NCBI RefSeq assembly: GCF_006345805.1
Contig: NC_042997.1
Coordinates: 39,742,001-39,806,000, forward strand
DNA: 64,000 nt
Source of the DNA: Octopus sinensis
Lineage: Eukaryota
Direction: 5' to 3'
Part shown: one piece after another, positions 13,032 to 25,105 of the stretch
Layout: the number at the start of each line of letters is the position of its first letter
How positions within the stretch are numbered: the first letter of the stretch is position 1
Notes under the pieces: generated by a model
Told to the model about the DNA's origin: nothing
Databases searched by the model: none
The model's input: only the letters and a program-made list of their open reading frames with translations
Translations under genes and position numbers: made by a program

Positions 13032-13043
13032 ATCATCATCATC

Positions 13044-13072
<29 letters not shown>

Positions 13073-13075
<3 letters not shown>

Positions 13076-13225
13076 TTCTTTACTGCCCACAAGGGGCTAA
13101 ACATAGAGGGGACAAACAAGGACAGACAAAGGGATTAAGTCGATTACATCGACCCCAGTGCGTAACTGGTACTTTATTTATCGACCCTGAAAGGATGAAA
13201 GGCAAAGTCGACCTCGGCAGAATTT
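13073..13225 (-). mobile_element. SINE family D 3' fragment
   Basis: Matches 37966-38232 (GTCGACTTTGCCTTTCATCCTTTCGGGG...GTACCAGTT). Confidence 0.8.
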
Positions 13226-13257
13226 ATGCGTACATACATACATACATACATACATAC

Positions 13258-13690
13258 ATTCTTTTATTCTTTTACTTGTTTCAGTCATTTGACTGCGACC
13301 ACTGCCTTTAGTTGAGCAAATCGTCCCCAGGAATTATTCTTTGTAAACCTAGTACTTATTCTGTCAGTCCCTTTTGCTGTACCACTAAGTTATGGGGACA
13401 TAAACACACCAGCATCTGTTGTCAAGTGACGTTTGGGGGACAGACACAGACACACAAACATGTACACACAAATGCACATACACACACAAACAACATATAT
13501 ATATATATATATATGTATATGACAGGCTTCTTTCAGTTTCCATCTACTAAATCCACATACAAGGCTATAGTAGAAGACACTTGCTCAAGATGCCACACAG
13601 TGGGACTGAACCTGGAACCATGTGGCTGGTAAGCAAGCTACTTACCAGACAGACACTCCCGCCCCTATAGCCACTCCTGCGCCATGTATA
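13258..13690 (-). mobile_element. SINE family C
   Basis: Reverse complement of the 63643-64000 type sequence. Confidence 0.85.
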
Positions 13691-14629
13691 TATATGTATA
13701 TACATCCACAGACACACACATACTCACATACACACTAAAAAGTTTTATTCTTTTTGTTGAAATCATTAAAAATATTAGGCATTGAGCCAGTGTTGTCTTT
13801 TCCTCGCCACATAGGTATTTCATATAAGATTTATGATCTCATTATAATAAATATGTTAACAAAGAATTTCATCTGCATGCGATTAATTTATATGATTGAT
13901 TACTTCAGCAAACAATTTTTGATTAATTTTTGATATATAAAAATATATAATATTGTAATAATTCAAATTACTGCTTTGGAGAGCTAAAACAGATTGCATT
14001 ATAAGATTTTCTTCCCAGGTTTAATTGTATAAAGAAAGGGGTTAAATATTGTTACTTAAAAACTTGAAATCAAATCAGTTTTCTTATTAACTACAGACTA
14101 TTACCTTTTTTGTTAATTCATAAGCTTTGGTAAACACCAAAGAAATAACAAGAATTAACAAGTTGGCAATTGTTTGTATTATGTTACAAAGCTAAATTCA
14201 GCATTTTCCATGCGTTTAAAGGTTAGCTCATAAAAACCTGGCCTGGCAAATTAATCAGTGGAAAAAAACTACTTAATCTTTCTGAATGTATAAAAATATT
14301 GTCATGAGATTAATGTACCATTGTGTCTGAGAGTATGTTGAGGATAAGGGCTTATCAGGTTTTATTGCTCATCCAGATATCTGGACATTGCAAAAAAAAA
14401 AGAAAAAAAAAATTCTGCTTTGCAAATTTAAATAAAGTTACTTTGTTTTAGTTTCTCAATTTTAGTTTTTTTTAAAGAATGTAGTAACCAAGCCTCCAGT
14501 CCAAGATAACAAGAAAGATTTGTTTTGTTGTTGTTGTTGTTGTTGTTGTTTTTTCTCAACAATGTATGAAGAGATTAAAAGGGTTATCCTGTAAATACTT
14601 GTAGTAATTTGACCATATGTATGTGTGCA

Positions 14630-14707
14630 TATCCTCCTCCTCTTCTTCTTCTTCCCCCTCCTCCTCCTCTTCTTCTTCTCTTCCTCCTCCACCTCCACCA
14701 CCACCAC

Positions 14708-14738
<31 letters not shown>

Positions 14739-14990
14739 TGTCCTCCTCCTCCTCCACCACCACCACCACTAACACTACCGCCGCCTCTCCTCCTTCTCCT
14801 CCTCCTCTCCTTCCTCTCACCCTCTTCCTCCTCCTCTTCCTCACCTCCTCCTCTTCCTCACCTCCTCCTCTTCCTCACCTCCTCCTCTTCATCACCTCCT
14901 TCTCTTCCTCCTCCTCTACTGCCGCCGCCGCCACCGCCACCACCACCACCACCACCATTAGCATCATCATTTAATGTCTGTTTTCTCTGC
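14630..14990. repeat. Mosaic trinucleotide tract (CCT/CTT/CAC/GCC) ending in a family-R terminus remnant
   Basis: Ends CATCATCATTTAATGTCTGTTTTC. Confidence 0.85.
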
Positions 14991-16083
14991 CTAAGGCGGA
15001 CCGCCCATACCAGCCCCCACTAGCTACACTAGTGTGACTATAATTTTTATGGAAAATCTTTAACAAATCTTTAATACAGAGATAACTCTAACACATGATT
15101 TAATAGCACTGCTAACACAGGAGTACATAGTATTAACTTACAAAAACATTTAATATACTTTGTAGTAATATTATGGTTGCATAATGAAATACTGTGTCCC
15201 TACAAGTCATAAATATTTATGTATCAGCTTCCAGGAATGTGTTTGATATGTAAAACTGATATATCCAAAAATGTTACACCTCTGTACTTGGTGGCTATTT
15301 AAGCAATGAGTTCGTGGATTATTAATGGGTTATATGGATGCTGCTGAAGAAGCAAAAACTCCCAAAATATGGTATATCTGCCCATTACCCATTTTTCACC
15401 TTTGATCTCATTATTTACATCTGATGTCTCGGATACGAAACATTGTAACAAAAATCCATGCTGGCTATAATTTCCATAGAAAATCAGTAGAGATGACCCT
15501 AACAAGTGATGTTAAAGCATTGCTAACACAGTAGTATACAGTATTGACTTATGAAAGCGTTTAATGTATTTTATAGCATATAGTTGCATAATGAAATACC
15601 ATATGCCTATAAGTCATTAAATGGAAGTTGTGAGGTAACACAGTTACTTACAAGACAAAAACCTTTTGACTGAGGGTGTATAGTATTGAGAGAGGTTGCC
15701 TTTTGCCAGGTAATGAGGGGTTAGAGTATGACAGAAAGACAAGAACAGGTGAGTTGCTGTAGAGGAGATGCATGGTTAGCATGTAGGTGTATGGCTGCTT
15801 TAAAGAAAAACATTAAACCATGATTGCTGGTGGCATGTAAAATGTACCCAGCACACTCTGTCAAATGGTTGGCATTAGGAAGGGCATCCAGCTGTAGAAA
15901 CTATGCCATAACAGACAGTTGTAGTCTGGACAGCTCCCCAGTTGGCTAGCTCCATGTCAAACCATCCAGCCCCTGCCAGCATGGAAAGCAGGAGTTAAAT
16001 GATGATGATGATGATTGTGGTGTTAAGATTATATCAAAAGTAATAAATGAAATAAAAGCAGGAATAGTCTTGGTAAAAGACAA

Positions 16084-16312
16084 TTAACCCTTTCATTACT
16101 GTATTTATTTTGAGATGCTCTGTGTTTCTTCCAATTATTTTAAATATAACAAAGAATTTAGTAAAATAACATCGTTATCATTCAGCTAGTGTTAGGAACA
16201 TAAATTGTGACTAAGGTTTGGTGGAAGATTTGAATTCTAAACTTATGAAAACAAGACATTTATACTAAAGAGACAGAGCCAGTTTCAGCTGGGTTGGTAA
16301 TGAAAGGGTTAA
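16084..16312 (-). mobile_element. TTAA-flanked MITE (piggyBac-type ends), full copy
   Basis: TTAA-CCCTTTCATTAC ... GTAATGAAAGGG-TTAA. Confidence 0.85.
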
Positions 16313-16675
16313 AGATCAGAAAAGTGAGACTGCAAATGATGTTGAATATTGAAAGAATGACAACAAAAGATGGGAAGAAACAAGAATATTTAACTGTAGC
16401 TTAAAGTCATTTAGGTATTAATAGGAACAATGATATAATAACCAGCCTTTACTTTAACCGATTGCTCAAAAACATACCCAAAATATACCTACAGATACAG
16501 AAGAACTTATGATAAAAGAAATTTTTTCCACCTTTCTGATAATGAGAATGTATAACTAAAATGTCAGCGAAGCATTTAGATAGTAAAACTGGGAAAGCAA
16601 TTTTTACATGTCTGATTGGAAAAGAGAATAGAAGATAAAAGTATTTCTAAAACAGTGTATGGTTACTCTTCTTAC

Positions 16676-16704
16676 CTGAAGCAAGTACTCATTATAGGAA
16701 TCAT
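16676..16704 (-). CDS. Possible short first coding segment (MIPIMSTCF + AG, phase 2) within a 111-nt exon 16786-16676
   Basis: Strong acceptor TTTTACTTTCTTTATGTTTGCAG at 16787 and donor CAG|GTAAGA at 16675; ATG at 16704 is open to the donor; upstream part has stops in all frames (5' UTR-like). Confidence 0.35.
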
Positions 16705-17297
16705 AATGTACTGTTATGAATGTAAAAGACTGTGTTTGCATAAACTAAGCGGACTACCTTAATGAAAAGCAAAAATAATTAACTACCTGCAAACATAAAG
16801 AAAGTAAAATGATGAAAATTTGTTTGCAAGCCCTCACAGTAATTACTTCAAGGAGACCACTTGAAAGATTTAGGGTTATTTTAGGAAATAAAGATAACTT
16901 CTGTTATATGCTTGAAGGCTCTGCTGCCAGGTGTTTGTAATGTTCATGAGATATTTGAAAGGTAGTGCTGATATTATAAAGAAAGTTTATCTAACATTAA
17001 GCTTCTCAAAAACTTATGGATTATAGTCATGTTATTAAACACTAACTTTAGCTGCATCCTTTTTGGCTGTTGTTCTTTTGAAGATTACTTTTTAATTAAT
17101 TAATGATGAGAAAATCATTTATAGTAATATAACAGGGATTTCATTACAATGCTGAAATTAAATACTAAATTATTAAATGATTATGTAAATTAGAAAAAAA
17201 CATTGAATCCCTATAACTAAGAATGGTTTCAAAATTTAGCACAAGGCCAGCAATTTCAGAATGCGGGGTTAGCCAATTACATTAACCTGGCTCTTAA

Positions 17298-17520
17298 GCA
17301 GTGAGCTGGCTGAATGGTTAGCACAATGGGCAAAATGCTAAGAGGCATTTTGCTTGTCTTTATATTCTGAGTTCAATTTCCACCAAAGTCGATTTTTCCT
17401 TTCGTCCTTTTGGGATTGATGAAAGAAGTACCAGTTGAGTACTAAGTTCGATGTAACCTATTAGGCCCCTCCTTGAAACTGCTAGTCTTGTGCCAAAATT
17501 TGAAACTAATTTTACTGGTT
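17298..17520 (+). mobile_element. SINE family D, diverged
   Basis: GTGAGCTGGCTGAATGGTTAGCAC...TTCTGAGTTCAA...GTACCAGTTGAG. Confidence 0.7.
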
Positions 17521-17609
17521 GTTAATTTATTGACTATAAAGTGGGGAAATGTAAAGTAAACCTGTAGGCTTGACCTAAATGAGCATTCTACTATTTTTAC
17601 TGTTTTAAC

Positions 17610-18150
17610 TGTAGGGATTGAAACACCCACTGCAAGATATTCAGTTGGGCATCACAAATGAGACATCACAGTTTCATGTGATTGAACCAATCAATATGAA
17701 GCTGTGGCATGATATGGATCTTGGATGATCTAAGATTCCACCCCTTCTCAAACTATAAAAACTGTTTGGCATCTAACTCAGCCAGACAGCCTCAGTAAAC
17801 TGTTAAGACAAGACAGCCCCAGACATTCATATAGACTGTCTTGGGTACTCACAGAATACAGACCACTAAAACCAGGCCACCTCAGGCACTCAGACAAACC
17901 ACCTTGAGCAAGAAACAATTTTGGACATTCCCACAAAATCTACCACAGCTAGCCTTCTACAAGACACATAGCTGCTCTTTCTTCCCAGTCAGTGGTTATA
18001 TTATCAGTTTCTTTCTTTTGCAAACAGCCAGTGCAGTGAATCAAGTCCTGCCATAAATATGTTAAAAGTTAAAAGTTTATGAACTTGTTTCATTTATTAT
18101 ACATACAGCCAGCTAGAGCATATGATGATGGTCACCAACATTGCAACATG
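17610..18150 (+). mobile_element. Possible solo LTR
   Basis: Starts TGTAGGG, has CCAAT (about 17687) and TATAAAA (about 17754), ends near ...CAACA; no TSD found. Confidence 0.25.
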
Positions 18151-18896
18151 CACCAATGCTGCAGTCTGACCATAATGGTGACCAATCTCCCTCATGACAC
18201 ATTACCAATTGTTAAGAAAAGAAAATGGCTTGAAAGTTCAGTTTTAGTATATAGCAAAGAATCCACATACTGAATTACAGAACAACTTTCAAGTTATAAA
18301 TAAAGTCTTGGAGATTAAACTTTGACTTTTTTCTCAGAAATTAAAGAAACTACTAATGTCAGGATGATTAACGAGCTTAATCTATAACAAAAACTAATGA
18401 AATGTAATTTTCAAAAGCAGAGTTTGATATTTCAAAGCTTAAAAGTTTATTTTCCCTTCCAGACATCAATTTCAGATATAAAAGTTTTTCTTTTCTCTTT
18501 CTTTCCTTTCAAAAATAAATCCATGGTGAAGGAACAGACCCCCGAAATAGAAAGTACTGTGGAAATTATCTCAAAACAAAATTTATAGACGTTAAAATTT
18601 TTTTCCTTCTCTTGTAGTAGTTTTTATAGAAGAACAAATATGAAGTAAACCCAAAACATTAGATTGTAGGCTTAGCTGTGACTATTAATAGTGATAATGC
18701 AACTTAAATTACATTGGAACAGACAAACCTTTATTAACCAAGAAAGGCCAAAACATTGCAGTACTTCCTCATAGTAACAGTGATACAGACATGTGTAAAG
18801 GCATTCAGATGTGGATGATTGAGAGGAAATTAGATGTAATGGAAGCAGATACTTGTTGTGGTTGTTGAATGGGTGAAAAAAAGGGTTTAGCAAGAA

Positions 18897-19066
18897 GGCA
18901 CAGGAGTGGCTGTGTGGTAAGTAGCTTGCTAACCAACCACATGGTTCCGGGTTCAGTCCCACTGCATGGCACCTTGGGCAAGTGTCTTCTGCTATAGCCC
19001 CAGGCCGACCAATGCCTTGTGAGTGGATTTGGTAGACGGAAACTGAAAGAAGCCTGTCGTATATAT

Positions 19067-19104
<38 letters not shown>

Positions 19105-19295
19105 TTGTCCCACTAGCATTGCTTGACAACCGATGCTGGTGAGTTTATGTCCCCGTTACTTAACGGTTTGGCAAAAGAGACCGATAGAATAAGTACTGGG
19201 CTTACAAAGAATAAGTCCCGGGGTCGATTTGCTCGACTAAAGGCGGTGCTCCAGCATGGCCGTAGTCAAATGACTGAAACAAGTAAAAGAGTAAA
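18897..19295 (+). mobile_element. SINE family C
   Basis: GGCACAGGAGTGGCTGTGTGGTAAG head, GGTTCAGTCCC B-box-like motif, internal (TA)n, AGTAAAAG tail. Confidence 0.9.
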
Positions 19296-19302
19296 TAGGA
19301 AA

Positions 19303-19369
<67 letters not shown>

Positions 19370-19639
19370 CATGGAGTTCAAAGTTAATAATCCAGCAAGC
19401 AATAATATGGATGAAAGAAACAAAGATACAAAATTGAAATATCATTCTCCTGATTAGAAAGAGATGAAAAAGACTATTATTTGGTAATTTGTTATTTCTT
19501 ATCTGCTCCAATAAATAACAATAAGAACAGTCCTTTTATTCACTACTGAAGGAATTAAGGAGTTTGCATGATAATGAATGAATAAAGATGGAGGCTTTTT
19601 TAAATTACTGTAGTGACATGAATGTTTTTGAAACTAAAT

Positions 19640-20057
19640 CAGTGCTTCACAACCCTTTTTGTCCCATGCCCCACTAAGAGGGATAAAAAAAAATCACATA
19701 CTCCACCACGAATGGATAAAGTTAATGTATAGCATATACATATTCAAAAGATTAAAACTTTAACCTAAAACTTTATTGCAAGCTTTATTAATCTGTTACT
19801 TACAGCCTGTTTTAAAGTCCTACCCTCTCTCTCTTTCGGAGAGGCACTGAGCAGCTATACGCACACATACACACACGGCAGTAACTTCCGCCTACCGAAT
19901 TCAATCACAAAGCTCCGGTCGGCTCGGGGCTATAGCAGAAGACACCTACCCAAAGTGCCATGCAGTGGGACTGAACCTGAAACCATGTAGTTAGGAAGCA
20001 AGCTCCCTACCTACACCCTACGAAAATATTGCCACACCTAACTTGAGAAATACTGGG
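19640..20057. mobile_element. hAT-type MITE with a nested SINE C fragment (19860-20010, -)
   Basis: Termini CAGTGCTTCACAAC / TTGAGAAATACTG. Confidence 0.55.
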
Positions 20058-20742
20058 CTAAAGAAATGATAGAAATAAATTTTAAAAATCTACGAAATTT
20101 TAAATTGGAAATATAAAATATTAAGTTCATTTATTTCAACTATTCATCTAAATTCTTCAAGGCTTAATTATTCAAAAAATGTTTATAAAAGAAATTTTTG
20201 AAGTTTTACATATATATATCATATGGTTTTATAACACCATGCTTTATATAAATATGATGCTATATAACACAGACTATCCTATAGCTTTTGTAACTAGCTT
20301 GGCTTTCTCAGGTTAAACAGGAAGTATATTAACTGCCAAGAGTAGTTAGCACAGAGCTGGTGTAGTTCCGACCAGTTAGCTATTTGAATAAACAACACTC
20401 AGTGGGGAGCAAGGTGTGTTGTATGACATGTTGTCTTAACTATGCTTTAATCAGGTGATGAAATGGGTGAAGGTTGAGTAAAGACTAGATTTGGAGATGA
20501 GAAACAGGTCTGAGAGTATTTGGAGAGTTAACGTCATGGTTAATGGATACAGATATATGAGCATAGCTACAGGTGTAGACTAGCAAATAATATGTCCACA
20601 TTGATAGATATGCAGGTGTGAAAGGAGTTGAAGAGCCAAAAGTTGAAGAGCCATGACATGGAGGTACTTTAGGTAATGACTTTAAATGGAGAAGATATTA
20701 TCAAGGGAAAACAAAAGATAGCTGAACAATTTCAGGCATAGG

Positions 20743-21128
20743 AAAGGCTGTGTGGTAAGTAGCTTGCTTACGAACCACATGGTTCCGGGTTCAGTCCCAC
20801 TGCATGGCACCTTGGGCAAGTGTCTTCTACTAAAGCCTCAGGCCGACCAAAGCCTTGTGAGTGGATTTGGAAACTGAAAGAAGCTCGTTGTATATATGTA
20901 TATGTATGTGTGTGTGTGTGTGTATGTTTGTTTGTGTGTCTGTGTTTGTCCCTCCAACATCACTTGACAACCAATGCTGGTGTGTTTACGCCCCTGTAAC
21001 TTAGTGGTTTGGCAAAAGAGACTGATAGAATAAGTACTAGGCTTACAAAGAATAAGTCCTGAGGTTGATTTGCTCGACTAAAGGCAGTGCTCCAGCATGG
21101 CAACAGTCAAATGACTGAAACAAGTAAA
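20743..21128 (+). mobile_element. SINE family C
   Basis: Near full-length match to the family. Confidence 0.88.
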
Positions 21129-21249
21129 GAAAAAAAAATTCTAAGGATTGATATTTAAATTGAGGTAGAGTTAATAAATGAATTTAGAGGAATAACAAAG
21201 TGAGAGTTTGAACCAAAGTAATTCTCAGAAGGTAATGGTAAAGGTACCA

Positions 21250-21468
21250 ACTCATAAGCACCAGTTTCCTGGTTTCCATGGTGTATAAATTCCCCACCTG
21301 GACATGACGCTGGTCTGTCACAGGATTACTCGTTTTTGCCAGCCAAGTGGACTGGGGCAATGTGAAGTGTTTTGTTCGAGAGTACAGCACATCACTTGGT
21401 CCAGGAATCAAAACCACAATCTTACACTCATGAGTCCAACACCCTAACCACTAAGCTACATGCCTCCA
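21250..21468 (-). mobile_element. tRNA-derived SINE, body B + tail Y
   Basis: Reverse complement: GGCATGTAGCTTAGTGGTTAGGG...CAGTCCACTTGGCTGGCAAAAACGAGT then AATCCTGTGACAGACCAGCGTCATGTCCAGG...GAAACCAGGAAAC. Confidence 0.7.
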
Positions 21469-22535
21469 CTAGTTCTCAGAAGGAGGTTAGTAACCATGGA
21501 GGGGACCTTTTTAAGTTCTGTGTTTGGCAGGGAACAAGTCACAAATTGGTGGGGTGGAAATATGTGATTAGGCGTCAGCTGATAGGGCATTGTATGTGAT
21601 TTAGAACCTCTATCACTCTCTCTGATAGTGATTAATATTATGTATGGAATGGTATAAAGAAAGCAGCATCTCAAAAGATAATGATATTCTCAAACTGGGA
21701 TCTGGTTCAAAAAGCAGTACAGTGAACCCCACTTAAGTAAATTTAGTAAAGATACCTTATAAAGGAAATGATTATAACTTTGGTCACTTCCTCAATTTAA
21801 CATTTGCTACTAATTTCTAGTTATAGTGGTTATAGTGAAACCAAAGAAAACAAACATCTGTTAGTCATTTGCCAAAATAGCTAATCAACTCTCAGAAATA
21901 TATCTAATAAATTTTCCTAATTAAAAAATTCTTGGCACCGAAAGAAGGAAAATCTGAATTCTTCACGCTTGCATTTTTTTTTGTCAGTTTGACATTAATT
22001 GTTGAAAAATTGATGTCAACTGTTGAGAAACTGTTGAAAGGAGAATGAATTATTTTGCTTTCAAATTTAAATAAATATATAAATATTCTTTCTTTTTTTC
22101 GTTAATCAGCTGAATTATATAATCAGTGGATCAGTGATTATCTTTGATTTCAGAAAATAAAATTAAGGAATATACATATATTATATAGATAAAATGTTTT
22201 TTTTATGAAGACAATTAATAATTTCCTTGTTGACTGTAAAAGCTATTCAGATTAACTTTTAAAATTTATTATTCTTATCTACAATAAATCTTGTAAAGGT
22301 AGGATAATGTTTAAGTAGCTTAAAATTGAAAAGTGATTCTTCATTCTTGGATTTTGGATTAAAATTCTATGAAGTTTTACTCAAAGGTACATTTGCCATA
22401 ATGTTACTAAAGTAATCACTTGTTTCTGGGTTGCTTTTTACCATTTGTTATAGATTTACTGAAAGGGAACATATTCTAGTAACTAAATAATATTTTATTA
22501 TAATCATGAGCAAAAAAAGAAAAAAAAGAAAACTG

Positions 22536-23908
22536 CGTGGCATCTTGGGCAAGTGTCTTCTGCTATAGCCTCGGGCCGACCAATGCCTTGTGAGTGGATT
22601 TGGTAGACGGAAACTGAAAGAAGCCTGTCGTATATATATGTATATATATGTATGTGGCATGTAAAAGCACCGTCCGTTCGTGGCCATTTGCCAGCTCTGT
22701 CTGGCCCCGTGTCGGTGGCACGTAAAAGCACCATCCGTTCCTGTCCGTTGCCAGCCTCGGCTGGCCCCCGTGCCGGTGACACGTAAAAACACCGTCCGTT
22801 CGTGGCCGTTTGCCAGCTCTGTCTGGCCCCGTGTCGGTGGCATGTAAAAGCACCATCCGTTCGTGTTCTTTGCCAGCCTCGCCTGGCCCCCGTGCCGGTG
22901 ACACGTAAAGCACCGTCCATTCGTGTCCGTTGCCAGCTCTGTCTGGCCCCGTGTCGGTGGCATGTAAAAGCACCGTCCGTTCGTGTCCGTTGCCAGCATC
23001 GCCTGGCCCCCGTGCCGGTGACACGTAAAGCACCGTCCGTTCGTGTCCGTTGCCAGCATCGCCTGGCCCCGTGTCGGTGGCATGTAAAAGCACCATCCGT
23101 TCGTGTTCTTTGCCAGCCTCGCCTGGCCCCCGTGCCGGTGACACGTAAAGCACCGTCCGTTCGTGTCCGTTGCCAGCCTCGCCTGGCCCCCGTGCCGGTG
23201 ACACGTAAAAACACCGTCCGTTCGTGTCCGTTGCCAGCATCGCCTGGCCCCCGTGCCGGTGACACGTAAAAACACCGTCCGTTCGTGTCCGTTGCCAGCA
23301 TCGCCTGGCCCCGTGTCGGTGGCATGTAAAAGCACCATCCGTTCGTGTTCATTGCCAGCCTCGGCTGGCCCCCGTGCCGGTGACACGTAAAAGCACCGTC
23401 CGTTCGTGTCCGTTGCCAGCATCGCCTGGCCCCCGTGCCGGTGACATGTAAAAGCACCATCCGTTCGTGGCCGTTTGCCAGCTCTGTCTGGCACCTGTGC
23501 AGGTGGCACGTAAAAAAACACCCCCTACACTCGCGGAGTGGTTGGCGTTAGGAAGGGCATCCAGCCGTAGAAACACTGCCAGATCTGACTGGGCCTGACG
23601 AAGCCTTCCAGCTTCACAGACCCCAGTTGACTCGTCCAACCCATGCCAGCATGGAAAGCGGACGCTAAACGATGATGATGATGATGATGTATGTGTATGT
23701 ATATGTTTGTGTGTCTGTGTTTGTCCCTCTAGCATTGCTTGTGTGTTTATGTCCCCGTCACTTAGCGGTTCGGCAAAAGAGACCGATAGAATAAGTACTG
23801 GGCTTACAAAGAATAAGTCCCAGGGTCGATTTGCTCGACTAAAGGTGGTGCTCCAGCATGGCCGCAGTCAAATGACTGAAACAAGTAAAAGAGTAAAAGA
23901 GTAAAGAG
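22536..23908 (+). mobile_element. SINE family C split by a family-R insertion (22654-23690)
   Basis: 5' half 22536-22650, 3' half 23700-23908. Confidence 0.85.
22654..23520 (+). repeat. ~60-bp VNTR, 14 full units plus the terminal unit, in the family-R 3' UTR
   Basis: Unit GYAYGTAAAARCACCRTCCGTTCGTGTCCGTTGCCAGCNNCGCCTGGCCCCCGTGCCGGTG; source of the long ORFs at 22448-23521. Confidence 0.95.
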
Positions 23909-24282
23909 TATTGATTTAGAGAGGAATGTAGAAAAAATTTATTTGTTCACAATTAATATTTAATATGAAATTTTGAAATATAGATTTTTAAATGATGATA
24001 TGAATATTTGAATAAAATAAGAAATAGCCTTTGAGCAATGCAGGTAAGAAACCAGGTAAGATATGTAAGGTGGTGTCATTTAAAGAAATCAAAGAGGGGT
24101 TCAACAATAGGTTGGTTAATGTTCTTTTAATATTTTGAGAAAGATGCCTCTTTTTAAATACAAGAAAGAAAATAATCAGAGTTTGGAGAAATGTGCTGCT
24201 ACCAACAGGCTATTCATGTGAGTGTGTGTGTGCGTGTGTGAAAGTGTGGATATGCACGTGTATACATGTGCATATATATACC

Positions 24283-24540
24283 TGTACTGGTGGCATGTAA
24301 AAAGCACCATCCGAATGTGACTGATGCCAGCGCCACCTTGGCTGGCTTCCATGCCTGTGGCATGTAAAAAGCATCCACTACACTCACGGAGTGGTTGGCG
24401 TTAGGAAGGGCATCCAGCTGTAGAAACACTGCCAGATCAGACTGGAACCTAGTACAGTCTCCTGGCTTCTTAGACCCCAGTCAATCCGTCCAACCCATGC
24501 TAGCATAGAAGACGGACGTTAAACGATGATGATGATGATC
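24283..24540 (+). mobile_element. RTE-LINE 3' end (family R)
   Basis: Conserved terminus and (GAT)n tail. Confidence 0.85.
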
Positions 24541-25105
24541 ATTTTTTGTTCACTTTCCATTGTTGAGATAATTCAACAGGATTCAATGGTTTGAAGGGAA
24601 ATATTTTCTTCCAAGGTTTCATTTTTGACATTGGTCTACAACTGAATGCCCTTCTTAACATTAACCACTTTACAGCACGAACTGGATGTACTTTTTCATG
24701 ACATCAGCATTGTAGGGATTGCCTTGTTGTCACCAGGAAGATTAAAAAGGGCCCTTCTAAGACTTGTGTATTTCTGTTTGAGTTAACTACCAATCACTTA
24801 GAATGTACGAGATACTGTTAGGGTCATCTTGCAGCTTGCAAAATGAAAGAAAGTACCTCATGATAGAAAGAACAGTGGGGAGATGCTGACAGAGAGAATA
24901 CCAGAGGAAACAGTGTTGGGGCCTGAATAGAGAAGTCAGATGTTAAATCTCGAGATCATTTGACCTCACGTCATCCCTAGTCCTTGTTGTTTCCTTCTTC
25001 CAAAGGCACCATTCACTTTAAGGCTTCAGCACTTGCTTATGTAGCTAACATATACATATGTATGTGCCTGCGTATATATACATATATCTGTACACATTTC
25101 ATATA

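Noticed and set aside
14584-15023. Poly-Pro/Ala/His ORFs resembling a transcription-factor exon
   Set aside because: Open in several frames on both strands because of triplet repeats, bounded by a LINE terminus, and lacking credible splice sites.
22448-23521. CRISPR-like array or repeat protein (ORFs of 155-357 aa)
   Set aside because: Units are contiguous with no unique spacers, there are no cas genes, the DNA is eukaryotic, and the unit is part of a LINE 3' UTR.
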